Sequence record: NC_007023.1
Length of the DNA: 64,000 nt
From: Escherichia phage RB43
Reading direction: 5' to 3' (one strand)
Positions 1 through 10,024 of this stretch are shown here, in pieces. Position 1 is the first letter of the stretch. Each line of letters starts with the position of its first letter. The translations under genes were made by a program, and so were the position numbers. A model generated the notes under the pieces. That model saw only the letters and a list, made by a program, of their open reading frames with translations. It searched no databases and was not told the DNA's origin.

Positions 1-939
1 TTAGTAGTGACTGAACCCTGCGGTTACATCGGTCATCACCTGATAACGACATACACGCATTTTGGCGTTGTCGTAATCTACTGGAATTGCTACCACATCG
101 CGAGGGTTAGCCTTAACGTGGATCACGCGCCCACGTCCACCGCCATAGTGAGGAAGATATGATTTAGCGGCAACATGCAAACCACACGAGCAAGTTTTGG
201 TTTTGTCTTCGTCTACCTGGTTGCGAGGCATTTTGACGATAGCACCAGGGCTGTTATCAAACTTGCCTGTTGCCATGTCTTTATAGTCTTCGCTAACACG
301 TTTCCATGCGTAGAAATCACCATCATCAGCCAGTTCGATATCGTTATGCACCAGGAAGCCATAAAGCTGATACACAGCATCACGGGACGGGTTTTGCATC
401 AGCTTTTCGAAGAAGTTCACCAGGTGTTCATACGGACGTTCATTATACATTTCACGAACGATTCGTTGGGTGATCCCTCCATCGAAAACGACATCTTTAT
501 ACAGCACTTTATGTCCGACGATCTTAATATTGCCTTTGCTGTACACTTTCAGGGCTTGCTTAGTGTTCAGCAATGCGGCTACACCTTCGATATCGCCTTT
601 AGTCAACAGCGCGTGTGCCTTTTCGAAGTTCGGGTGAGTAGAATCAGCAGTCAGGATTTCGCCGTTGATTACCAGAGTAATGAATGATTCAGAACCAATC
701 ATTTTCGAACTCACATCCGTTTTCGGTAGTGCTTTCGATTCTTCCTGCTCATACTTCGCGTGTTGTTCGGTAATAACGCGCCCGATGGTTCGGACGCTTA
801 CACCAAATTGTTTAGCCAGTGCGGTTTTGTTTGCGCTGGTTAGAAAGCCCTCATAGACTGCTTTCTTTTGTACATCATCGAGGATCTTAACAGTTCTCAT
901 TATTTCCACCGTATTAATTTTACCATAATCATCAGTCAT
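1..939 (-). CDS. rIIB: rIIB-like protein (C-terminal 312 codons of the continuous 1049-aa rII ORF)
   Basis: Internal ATG at 939..937 preceded by GGAAGA; HTH-like ALAKQFGVSVRTIGRV near N-term; conserved C-terminal FYAWK/FDNSPG/HPRD motifs; 312 codons to TAA at 3..1, the length I recall for T4 rIIB; no stop separates it from rIIA part. Confidence 0.55.
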   Translation of the reverse strand: MTDDYGKINTVEIMRTVKILDDVQKKAVYEGFLTSANKTALAKQFGVSVRTIGRVITEQHAKYEQEESKALPKTDVSSKMIGSESFITLVINGEILTADSTHPNFEKAHALLTKGDIEGVAALLNTKQALKVYSKGNIKIVGHKVLYKDVVFDGGITQRIVREMYNERPYEHLVNFFEKLMQNPSRDAVYQLYGFLVHNDIELADDGDFYAWKRVSEDYKDMATGKFDNSPGAIVKMPRNQVDEDKTKTCSCGLHVAAKSYLPHYGGGRGRVIHVKANPRDVVAIPVDYDNAKMRVCRYQVMTDVTAGFSHY

Positions 940-3150
940 CGCTTTATCTTCCAGAATATACCGGATTTGATAGCCATCACTGTTTCTCAGGATTCGAGCA
1001 ATTAACGGATTGCGTTTAGCGAAAATCTCATATTGTTCGTCAACGCGTTCAATCATTGCATGTTCCATTTCTTCATGTCGGGCCTGTGCCACACGAATAG
1101 ACGGGTTCTTTGCTTCTGTCGTTTCACCGTCTTCTGTAGTCTGCATCAACACTTTACCATCAAGCGTGTTCAGAATATTGTATCGACGCGCATCATAACG
1201 GTTTTTAACCATGCGATCAAGGCTAATACCCAACTTTTCATATAGCTCTTTAACGGAATCACGGTACTTTTTCGAAACAAAAGCCGGATACCAGTTAGGT
1301 TTCATTTCTTTTGCAGTCTTGCAGAACAATTCAGCAAGGAACGTATCAAGACAAATCATGCTGCTGTCTGGGATCTTATTCCATAACGAATTACGGAGTG
1401 TATACACCACACGAACACCAGAGATTTCCATCACAGTAGCCAGGTTATTCATGATGTTTGACATCGAGAAGTTATTCGACTCACTCAACGAACTGTAATC
1501 ATCAACACCATACAGACGCAATGCGTATGCAGATTCGAGGTTGACAAACTCCGCTTTCGTGAGGAACAAATCTTCTTTGTTCAAATCGCCATTGATCCCG
1601 ACCGTGTAACGGTATGCTGTCGGCGTTTTCGGACGCGGTTCGGAATCTTTATCGATTGTTTCGCGTGTTGCTCTCCAGCGACGGCGATCCTCAGTATACA
1701 CTTCCAGTTCTTCCGTCATTTCACTGGTTTTCAGATAAACGATTTCAGATTCATCATAGTAACCGTTTTTGATGAAGTTCTGTAAATTATCCTGATTTCT
1801 GTTCGGATCGTATTCAATAAAGTTCATACGGTAAGTTTTGTGAAGCATACAGTACCCGATAGCATACGCACGTACAGACTTCGCGTTGTTATCGTTCTGT
1901 AACAGATACAGGTTTCTTTGCTTCCACGGGTGCAGCATACGCGTAATATCCTGGCGGCGCATGGTTTCAGATTTATACGCGTCGTAACGACGACCAGAAC
2001 CTGTGCGCTCAAAACTGCAATCTTTACCGTCATACACGTTCGCCCAGTATCCCCAGATCTGCATACTGGTGACCAGGTCTTTACTATTGAAGTGCATCAC
2101 CAGTTCAGCAAGGGTATTTTTCCCTACTTTAAACTGCTTATCACGGGTAACGAAAGTCTGCAACAGCGTTGGTAAATTTTGATACCAAATAACCTTTTCA
2201 CGCGTCGTTTTCAGTTTAGCAAATTCTGCTGATAGTTCTGAATAATACTGGTCGTTGATTGCTCCGAGTCGATCCATGATAACTTTCTTGGTGATCTTAT
2301 CAAGGCTTAACTCTTCGCGTGACGGCATGAAATCCAGAGAACCCAGCGGAAAATCCAAAATGTACGCATAGCTACTGTTCTGGTAGCAATAAAACAGGGA
2401 TTCTCTGAACATATCCAGGTCAATAGGATAGCAAATGTTACCCATACGCGCATACAAACCGGAATAATGCTTTGACTTATAACTGATGATCCCGCGATTA
2501 TTTGCTTCTGTCGGTTGCCAGTTGATATCCAGTTGAACACCAATAAAGCGAGGACGAATAGTTGTAAACGCTTCGTACACACGAGCGGCTTCACGTTCCC
2601 ATTCTGGGATATCTTCGACGTTAACCGGAACTGTTACCTGAACGCCGTTAGGTTCATCAGTTTCTACAGCATACAGAGGGTCAATGTACGGTTCGCCGTC
2701 TTCATTGAGGTAAGCAGTATAACCGCGCTTCATGCCGTCCTGAATTGATTCTACGGTGAATGTTGAGGTGTAGCAGAACGGTGATTTGCTACCCAGCCCC
2801 AACGCCCCGATCAGGTCGTCGGTGTCGGTTTTGGTTGATTCGAAATAAACGGTGAATACTTCGTTCACCATGTAATCACTCAGGCCAGTACCGTAATCAC
2901 GAACGATGAAACGAGGATCGAGAACAGTCGGTAACTGAACGTCAAAGCGATCCATGTTACCCGCTACGATATGACCATCAATCGCGTTACAAGAAATCTC
3001 ACGAATGATTGCGCGGATCTTGTATTTGTAGATTGTGGATGAAAGGATTTTGAACGCTTTCTTACCTGCTCTCATTCCAAAAGCTCTACGGCTTCCAGAC
3101 TCGATACCTACACGATGAACTGTGCTTGCTTGGCTTTCGCGTAACTTCAT
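940..3150 (-). CDS. rIIA: rIIA-like protein (about 737 codons, reads in frame into rIIB)
   Basis: ORF track 1..3150; N-terminal ATPase-like motifs (NAIDGH, DYGTGLS, GLGSKSPF) resembling T4 rIIA. Confidence 0.7.
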
Positions 3151-3160
3151 TGTTTATATC

Positions 3161-3394
3161 TCACTTGTTGAAAATAATGTTTTCGCATGAATACTTTGTC
3201 GGTTTCTTGTCGATACCGTATTCAAGCGGTGTACACATACGATCCATATAATCGTAAATTTCTTGTTTTCGTTTTTCTTCCTTTTTCATTTCAAGGATAC
3301 CAAAAACGATAGCAGTCACAAAACACATAGCGATAGTTGAAAGAATAACGATAGCTACATATTTTGATGTGTTTGGTGCGCTGTATGGTCTCAT
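3161..3394 (-). CDS. small membrane protein (hypothetical)
   Basis: 77-aa ORF with hydrophobic helix VAIVILSTIAMCFVTAIVFGIL; ATG overlaps upstream stop (ATGA). Confidence 0.4.
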   Translation of the reverse strand: MRPYSAPNTSKYVAIVILSTIAMCFVTAIVFGILEMKKEEKRKQEIYDYMDRMCTPLEYGIDKKPTKYSCENIIFNK

Positions 3395-3933
3395 TGTAAC
3401 ACCTTTGCAAATTCCTGTGAAGTCAGTTTACGGGCAACTAAACGCCCTTTTGTTGATGCTTTATGGCCTACCATATACATCGTTGAAATGTTGCGCTTTC
3501 CTGATTGAATCTCATTATACATCTTTTCAGGCATGGTTGATTGATAAACTTCACCGTTTGATGTTTTCAGGAACATCGCGTAAACATGGTCATCTTTCTT
3601 TTCGATGATTTCTTTTTCACGAACACGAACCTTAGATGATGTTGGTTTAGCACCCAATTCAATAGCCTTTCTTTGCCATGCAGGTCCGTGTCCAGCACCA
3701 TAACCAACAAGGGCATGTGCGATTTCGTGCATAAGAGTATCTAAAATGCACTCGTAGGTATCTTCTTCAACATGTTTCCGGCGTAACTGGATCTCTCTTT
3801 TGGAGTAACTGCAACAACCCAGAGTAGTTTTCAAACGTCCATTAATTTTGAATGACCAATCAGACAAACCATGTTTAGCCATGATGCTTTTGGCCCAAAG
3901 AATAATTTCCATGTCACTACGAGTTTTGAACAT
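3391..3933 (-). CDS. SprT-like zinc metalloprotease domain protein
   Basis: HExxH motif (MHEIAHAL) plus Cys cluster; start MFKTRSD with AGGAGGA 6 nt upstream. Confidence 0.6.
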   Translation of the reverse strand: MFKTRSDMEIILWAKSIMAKHGLSDWSFKINGRLKTTLGCCSYSKREIQLRRKHVEEDTYECILDTLMHEIAHALVGYGAGHGPAWQRKAIELGAKPTSSKVRVREKEIIEKKDDHVYAMFLKTSNGEVYQSTMPEKMYNEIQSGKRNISTMYMVGHKASTKGRLVARKLTSQEFAKVLQ

Positions 3934-4005
3934 TTTACATCCTCCTAATCGGTAGCGGGAGTAATATAACAAAAAAGCCCCTGCATCGCAAGGGCTTAAT
4001 GTAAA

Positions 4006-5296
4006 TTATTTCAATTTCTTCGAAAGTTCTTTCAAATCATTGAGATATTCAATTTTCGGGGTTGTCTCTTCCCAGTATTTCAGTTGCTTGCGCAATTCAT
4101 TTGCTTCATCTTCCAGCTTTTGACGTTCGTCAGTAGTTAGATGATAGGATGTTCATCGCAACCAGTATTTCGGCGTGGTTTTCGCAACCCTTCCATGTTG
4201 ATACGAATTGAACCGCTTCACTACGACTCAAGCCCTTCAACGAGTCAGGAGATTCAATCATCTGGTCGATAAATTCAACCTTAGCCAGCGCCCTTGCAAG
4301 TGCTTCCTTCGCTTCCTGTATGCGTTTTTCGATGCGCTGTTGATAAACCGTCATACGGATATCAACGAAATCTTTCAACAACGTTTCAGGACGTTCATAT
4401 GAATGCAACTTACCATTGAAGATAACGTTGATGTTCGGGTTTGAGTTCTCAATCAATCCAAAATCTTTCAGGATCTTTTCATGGGTAAGCCCGTTGGCAT
4501 ACTCACGTTTAAGGGTTATCTCATAGCGAAAATCTTCTTTCGATAGATCCTTATAGCTTACGATACACCCTTTCTCTTCCAGCTTATCCAGAATCGCAAT
4601 ATATTTCACGCGATCATACTTGACCGGAATCTCAGTGATCACCAGTTTAGTTTTACCCTGGAGTTCGTACTTACCGTACATTGTCCCGTCTACAATGTCA
4701 CCTTTAAATTGTGGATATTTCAGGTCAAGCGTGAAATCTTTCCCGTTCAGGTAACTAACACATCCATTCAGAACCGAAACCGGATCATGTGGTGGAATGT
4801 TTGTCGCGTATCCTTTCGCGATCCCTCTGAACCCGTTAACCAACACCATAGGAATGATTGGCAGATAATAGGCTGGCGGTAGGTGTTCAGGATCTTCATG
4901 CGGGATTGTTAAATCTTCGTCCATGTAGATAGCCTTGAACAGCGGAGACAGCTTACAGTAAATGTAACGAGGTGCGCCAGGCTTCTTAACCAGACGGGAA
5001 CCAAAGAACCCATCACGATCGAAAAGCGGGATATTATTGCACCAGTGCGCCGCCATGAGAGACAACGCTTCTTCAACGGATGTTTCCCCGTGGTGATACC
5101 CGTATATTGCAACACCGCCAGCAATAGATGCTACTTTCTGGAAGCCTGAACCTCCTTTCGCTGCTGAATGCACGAAGAAACGGTGAACGGGTTTGAACCC
5201 GTCTACCAGGTGCGGGATAGCACGAGAATAAATTGTGTAAAGGGCAAACGTAAGCCCTTCAACCTGTACAACGTCTTTAATACTTCTTTCCATCAT
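4006..5296 (-). CDS. 52: DNA topoisomerase II medium (GyrA-like) subunit gp52, reading frame broken near 4133-4152
   Basis: N-term AIPHLVDGFKPVHRF GyrA signature; 388-aa ORF 4130..5296 ends prematurely and a coding-like +1 frame (DERQKLEDEANELRKQ...KKLK) continues to TAA at 4008..4006. Confidence 0.7.
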
Positions 5297-7185
5297 TTCA
5301 CCGAAAATTTATGTTTTCCGTCAACCCAGTCTTTACGCGGATCGGACTCTTCACCGAAACACAGTTCCAGAACGTCTTTGTAATCGTCGCCCAGTACGAT
5401 TGTATCGTATTTTAACTGGTCGCCCAACACGCGATCGTAATCTGATTTACGCAAAGAACCCAGACCTTTGATGTATCGTACCTCTTTCGCTTTGTCGCGG
5501 AAAGGTACAAAATCGTCCATAGAGTAGAACCATTTTTCATCTTTTCCGATTTTAGCAATGATAATCGGTGTACGGATATACCGGATCTTTTTCTTCTCGA
5601 ACAACTCAGGCCAACGACTAAAGAACGCAATCAGTAGGGTGAGAATATCGCCCCCGTCAACGTCCGCATCCACCATGATCCCGATATTGTCGTATGCCAT
5701 TTCGGAAGAGTCGCCTGGATGGAGATTCAGGATCGCCATTAACTCGAATAACTCTTTGTTTTTGAGAATGTCGGTAAAGCTCATTCCCCAGGTGTTCAAC
5801 GGTTTGCCACGTAGCGGAAATGCGCCTTGTGTCTCTTCGTTTCTGCACTCGATAAACTGCCCTACAGCGGAATCACCTTCGGTCAGAAACAAAGTGGTTT
5901 CGACTCCATCGGTATCAATCCCTGATGCGGGAACATGTTTTGCAATCTTCGCCTTTTTCGCTTTCTTTTTCGCTTTCGTAATTGCTGCGGCTTCTGCTGC
6001 TTGCTTGCGAATAAGAGCGGATTCAATGATCGGAGTGATTATTTCAGAAGTATCCATAATCTGCTTCGCGATCTTTTTGTAATTCAATCCGGCGTGATTG
6101 TTGAACTCTCCAGCAGTATTGGTCAGTTTTTCTTTCGTCTGACTGTCAAAAGCTGGTGCATTGAAGTTATGCAAAAACACGACCAAAGTCAAGCATTCTT
6201 TTACACGGGCTTTCGGGATCTCGATAGCGTGTTTCTTCTTGATCATCGGTTCCAGTTCGGCATAGATACCATCAATCATACAATCGACGTGTACGCCACC
6301 GTTTTTTGTGTCCAGACCGTTGACGAATGATTTTTGTTTGAATCCGTCTTCTGTGCTCGCCAGGATGAAACTAATTTTGTTGTTTGTCTGCGTGATTGTG
6401 CTGTCGCCATACATCGCGCCATACATCGCAAACTTATTCGGTAATGTTTCACCGTTGTATGTGAATTTAACCGAAGGGAACGCCACTGCAAGCGCCATAA
6501 GGCGATCTTTGATGACTTCCTTTGTTTCTTCGTCGATGCCATCAACACCGAAGATTGAGAAATCAGGGGTAAACTTAACAGTGGTTCCCTGTTCTTTCGT
6601 CGGGCTTGTACGGTAATCCATGTTCTGTGCGCCGTCAGTACAGTTGATCGTGACTTTGCGCTTACCGTTGGATGTTTCACCGATAAAGATTGAACTGTAA
6701 CAGTTCGTCAGGAAAGAACCTACACCGTTCATCCCCATTGTTACGCGGTTTTCATCATCGAAGTTTGAACCAGATTTTGCCATAGTCCAGGCTGCAACAG
6801 GTTTAGGAACAATTTTCCCTTCTGGTGTTCTCACGTCATCTTGTGGAATACCGCGCCCGTTATCTGAGATTGTCACCAGATTATGATCAATCTTCACTTC
6901 GATTCTGTTCGCGAATTTAAAATCTGTACGGATCGCTTCGTCGATTGAGTTGTCGAGAATTTCATTGATGATTTTCACCAGACCTTCGACATATTCCACT
7001 TTGCGGAATTTACCCATGATGAAGCGTTCGTGTGCTTCGCGGTTCACTGAACCCACATACATGTTAGGACGTTTGCGAATGTGATCGCGGTCACTCAGGC
7101 AGAAAGATTCATCAACCTTTACGCCTTTTGGCGTTTCCGGTACTTTCTGCGGTTCGTCTTCGTCCATTAAGAAATCTAAACTCAT
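5293..7185 (-). CDS. 39: DNA topoisomerase II large (GyrB-like) subunit, gp39 and gp60 equivalents in one ORF
   Basis: GHKL ATPase motifs (ILDNSIDEA, ISDNGRGIP) and Toprim motif (TEGDSA) in one 630-aa protein; ATG at 7185 after AAAGAGGTG. Confidence 0.85.
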   Translation of the reverse strand: MSLDFLMDEDEPQKVPETPKGVKVDESFCLSDRDHIRKRPNMYVGSVNREAHERFIMGKFRKVEYVEGLVKIINEILDNSIDEAIRTDFKFANRIEVKIDHNLVTISDNGRGIPQDDVRTPEGKIVPKPVAAWTMAKSGSNFDDENRVTMGMNGVGSFLTNCYSSIFIGETSNGKRKVTINCTDGAQNMDYRTSPTKEQGTTVKFTPDFSIFGVDGIDEETKEVIKDRLMALAVAFPSVKFTYNGETLPNKFAMYGAMYGDSTITQTNNKISFILASTEDGFKQKSFVNGLDTKNGGVHVDCMIDGIYAELEPMIKKKHAIEIPKARVKECLTLVVFLHNFNAPAFDSQTKEKLTNTAGEFNNHAGLNYKKIAKQIMDTSEIITPIIESALIRKQAAEAAAITKAKKKAKKAKIAKHVPASGIDTDGVETTLFLTEGDSAVGQFIECRNEETQGAFPLRGKPLNTWGMSFTDILKNKELFELMAILNLHPGDSSEMAYDNIGIMVDADVDGGDILTLLIAFFSRWPELFEKKKIRYIRTPIIIAKIGKDEKWFYSMDDFVPFRDKAKEVRYIKGLGSLRKSDYDRVLGDQLKYDTIVLGDDYKDVLELCFGEESDPRKDWVDGKHKFSVK

Positions 7186-7230
7186 ATTCACCTCTTTATT
7201 AGTTCAGTCATTATATAGGGTTCTATGAAA

Positions 7231-7252
7231 AAGAAAACCCCTTTCGGGGTTT
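7231..7252 (-). terminator. rho-independent terminator hairpin
   Basis: Minus strand ACCCCGAAAGGGGT followed by T-run immediately after stop of 7251..7460 gene. Confidence 0.55.
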
Positions 7253-7460
7253 AAGCATCTTTGATTTTTTGAAGAATGGGTATCAGTTCTTCAACTTGCA
7301 TTCGTGTTAACGCGATCTCAAAACCATATTGATTAATTCGCGTGATTTGAGACACCGATTCTGAATCAAATTCAATAACCAGTCCATCACAATACTCTTG
7401 CGGTTGAAACCCATCGGCATATCCGTAATCATCGGGTATGGTTTCGGTTATTTTAGACAT
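7251..7460 (-). CDS. hypothetical protein (69 aa)
   Basis: ORF with ATG (MSKITETIP) 8 nt after AAAAGGTGG. Confidence 0.4.
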   Translation of the reverse strand: MSKITETIPDDYGYADGFQPQEYCDGLVIEFDSESVSQITRINQYGFEIALTRMQVEELIPILQKIKDA

Positions 7461-7614
7461 AGGGAAAACCACCTTTTACCATTTGGGGCTTGTCAACTGT
7501 TCGATGTGCTTCGCCTCCACATTCACAGTCTTTTGGTGCATCACGGGTCGCAATGCTGGACATTTTACTGAATTCTTTTTCGCACTTGGTGCATTTATAG
7601 GTATATGTTGGCAT
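7453..7614 (-). CDS. zinc-ribbon protein (FmdB-like CxxC...CxC)
   Basis: MPTYTYKCTKCEKEF...CECGG; start overlaps upstream stop (TAATG). Confidence 0.45.
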   Translation of the reverse strand: MPTYTYKCTKCEKEFSKMSSIATRDAPKDCECGGEAHRTVDKPQMVKGGFPYV

Positions 7615-8045
7615 TAATAAATCTCTGACAATGGAATAAAACGGATCGGGGTTGCGGCTTTGCTGAAAACACATTGAGTCTTTCCAGCAAACAGGAGATC
7701 AGTTTCATACACCATACAGATATATCCCTGATGCTCCAGAATTTCCCGCTCCCAGCTATCGAACCATTTAGACAACTTCTGCAATGAAGAGAAGCCGAAA
7801 AGATAGCTACGATAATTTTTACCATGTTTTGCAAGGTTACGCATTAAACGTTCGTCGTCATATGGTGGTATGTGGCGTTCATCGGAACAGCTAAAGTTCA
7901 AGCCAAATTCGATTCCATGCATATCAAGATATTCATGCAAATCATCATCGTCCGAAACATAACCGTTATACGGCCCTAACTGTTTGCACCAACCGTCATA
8001 TGACGAAAAGATAGACGCTTTCAATTCAACGCGATAAACCAACAT
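7614..8045 (-). CDS. hypothetical protein (143 aa)
   Basis: ORF with GAGGA 7 nt upstream of ATG. Confidence 0.5.
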   Translation of the reverse strand: MLVYRVELKASIFSSYDGWCKQLGPYNGYVSDDDDLHEYLDMHGIEFGLNFSCSDERHIPPYDDERLMRNLAKHGKNYRSYLFGFSSLQKLSKWFDSWEREILEHQGYICMVYETDLLFAGKTQCVFSKAATPIRFIPLSEIY

Positions 8046-8065
8046 GATTCGATCCTCGTAATTGA

Positions 8066-8734
8066 TTAACTACAAGTAGAGTACCACTTATCTAATTTCT
8101 TATCAAGCAGTTTATTGATCACTTGCGCAATTTCCGTTGTTCCGTGGGTTGTGTTCAGTTCCAGATAGATGACATCCAGAGCACACACGATCGCATCAAC
8201 ACTTTCTTCTACGATATTGCCCCCGCGTTGAGGCTGAACCAGGCATTCGGAAATTTCCCCGACTTCTGCCGATAGGTGATGAACAACATCACTCTTTGTG
8301 CGTTTCTTGACCTGATGTGCAACTTTAAAAAATTTGTCAAGCACAACAGAGGAATTTTCACGCGGGACGATCTCGCCTCCAGCATTTGATTCTACCATCG
8401 TTTTCTCGACAACATTTGATTCTTCCATCATTTTCTTGAATGCACTTGGAGTAATGATATCTTTATCTTCCGGCGCTTCGATTTCGTTCATGGAGACATA
8501 TACAGGATTAAACATTGAATCCATGATATCAACCGTAACCGGACAGGAGACACCCTCAAGATAAACTGAGTTCGGCATGACCATGCAGATTTTACGCGGT
8601 GCGTTGAAGTCCATCGGATTCTTTCGCAACTCTTCATAGACACGACGAACCGGGTCTGTCTGTTTAACCATCTGTACAACTGCGAGAAAAATCGATTTCG
8701 GGGCGTACATGTCGCCTACTTTATACTTGCTCAT
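8066..8734 (-). CDS. hypothetical protein (222 aa)
   Basis: ORF; internal ATG (MSKYKVGD) preceded by AAAGG. Confidence 0.5.
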   Translation of the reverse strand: MSKYKVGDMYAPKSIFLAVVQMVKQTDPVRRVYEELRKNPMDFNAPRKICMVMPNSVYLEGVSCPVTVDIMDSMFNPVYVSMNEIEAPEDKDIITPSAFKKMMEESNVVEKTMVESNAGGEIVPRENSSVVLDKFFKVAHQVKKRTKSDVVHHLSAEVGEISECLVQPQRGGNIVEESVDAIVCALDVIYLELNTTHGTTEIAQVINKLLDKKLDKWYSTCS

Positions 8735-9005
8735 TAACAATACCTTTATAGTAACCAAAAATAAAACAGTTCACGGTCGGACGTTCGCCAGGGAAGTGAA
8801 CACATTGCATGATGCGTTCTGCCATTAAAACATCGTCAAGATAAACACACGTTGTTTCTTCGTTATAATGACTGTCATATGATGTACGCTTAACCATACC
8901 AGGCAAACCAGCAATGTGCATGAATTTAGCGTTGCTGCACGGCTTTCCTGGTTTATCGTCGTAACATAAAACTACATTAGTTTTGCTGTTTTTTGGTCTG
9001 CTCAT
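8721..9005 (-). CDS. hypothetical protein (94 aa)
   Basis: ORF, ATGA overlap with upstream gene stop. Confidence 0.45.
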   Translation of the reverse strand: MSRPKNSKTNVVLCYDDKPGKPCSNAKFMHIAGLPGMVKRTSYDSHYNEETTCVYLDDVLMAERIMQCVHFPGERPTVNCFIFGYYKGIVNEQV

Positions 9006-9592
9006 TTGTTCACCACATCATTATATGTTGTTAAGTTCCATTCATGCACTTCCGGTACTTTGGAATAGTGATCCAGGAAGATTAGCTGTACTTGCATAAC
9101 ACTAGCACGATTCATATTGAACAGGAAGCGTTGAGGGGAAGAAATACACAGGTAATCTTCTGTTGTTCCTCTGCTCGCGGTAAATTCTTTTGTTTCGCCA
9201 CCATCAAATTTTGCATAAACGGTCGTGGAGAAGTACGGCGCATAAAGATTACGTTTTTCATCGTCAGTAATCGCGCTAAAACAGGCGCTGACGAGTTTTC
9301 CGCTACCTTCCCTTGTGATGGTGAAGGTCGTTCCCTTCGTGCGTCCTAAGACGTTCACAACGCGATCTGTGACATCACCGAAAGCATTCGTATAGTTCAC
9401 GGTTTCTACAAACCCATTATCGCGACGTTCCTGCAACATCTTTTCGTGTTGTTCAGCGGCGTCTTTCTCCGCTGCTTGTTCTGCTGCTTGATAAACCAGT
9501 TTATTCGGATCTCTTGATTGCCACGCAAAGAAAAACACTCCAGCGGCTATCAGTCCGAAAATTGTCCATCGTGCGGTTCCTGATAGTTTCAT
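9002..9592 (-). CDS. membrane-anchored hypothetical protein (196 aa)
   Basis: N-terminal TM helix WTIFGLIAAGVFFFAW; AGGAACAG before ATG. Confidence 0.5.
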   Translation of the reverse strand: MKLSGTARWTIFGLIAAGVFFFAWQSRDPNKLVYQAAEQAAEKDAAEQHEKMLQERRDNGFVETVNYTNAFGDVTDRVVNVLGRTKGTTFTITREGSGKLVSACFSAITDDEKRNLYAPYFSTTVYAKFDGGETKEFTASRGTTEDYLCISSPQRFLFNMNRASVMQVQLIFLDHYSKVPEVHEWNLTTYNDVVNK

Positions 9593-9628
9593 TTTCTGTT
9601 CCTGAAATGGGGCCGAAGCCCCCTTAGA

Positions 9629-9958
9629 TTAACGTAAGTATTTGACATACCCAGACGCATCGATGCTGTTTTCTGGGTTGTTGTAGATGTTACCACGAAT
9701 ACCCTTAGCAGGTGCTTTCCAGCCAGCGGCTTTGTAGATATTCCCGTCATTATCCAGGAATCCGGCAACTGAACGCTGGTTGAACATTTCACCAGTTTCT
9801 TTGTTGCGAGTATCCTGCACGATGCGGTGATACTTACGACCTTTCTCCAGAGTGAAAACAGTTTCAAACGGAGAATCCTGGAAACGTGCGTTACGAGCAA
9901 CGAACATCGCGTTCAGGTAAGGTGCTGCGGCGTTAGCGAGAGTTTCAAAAGTATTCAT
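9629..9958 (-). CDS. hypothetical protein (109 aa)
   Basis: ATG (MNTFETL) 7 nt after AAGGAGA; preceded by conserved promoter-leader cassette. Confidence 0.5.
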   Translation of the reverse strand: MNTFETLANAAAPYLNAMFVARNARFQDSPFETVFTLEKGRKYHRIVQDTRNKETGEMFNQRSVAGFLDNDGNIYKAAGWKAPAKGIRGNIYNNPENSIDASGYVKYLR

Positions 9959-9990
9959 GGTAAATCTCCTTAGTTCGTTTCGATGTGTGT

Positions 9991-10019
9991 ACTGTATCAA
10001 AGTCGGTATTTTAAAGCAA
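9991..10019 (-). promoter_or_regulatory. promoter (TTGCTT-N17-TACAGT; -35 region also matches MotA-box TGCTTTA) with conserved leader
   Basis: Read on minus strand; followed by leader GTACACACATCGAAACGAAC shared with three other genes. Confidence 0.45.
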
Positions 10020-10024
10020 GCGTT

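Noticed and set aside
175-687. 170-aa plus-strand ORF inside the rIIB/rIIA region, with similar antisense ORFs at 5558..6082, 24856..25527, 27364..27993, 35699..36118, 37179..37706, 38139..38606 and 47788..48387
   Set aside because: All lie antisense within long, well-supported genes, lack ribosome-binding sites and have low-complexity translations; treated as chance ORFs.
4100-4160. Programmed +1 frameshift or bypass at the gp52 break, and similarly for gp29 and the small ORFs
   Set aside because: Several breaks sit exactly at in-frame stops, but each can be repaired by removing or adding one base in a short homopolymer, and the gp45 break is clearly an indel that restores a conserved C-terminus. 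No recurrent slippery motif, stimulatory hairpin or matched take-off/landing codons were seen.
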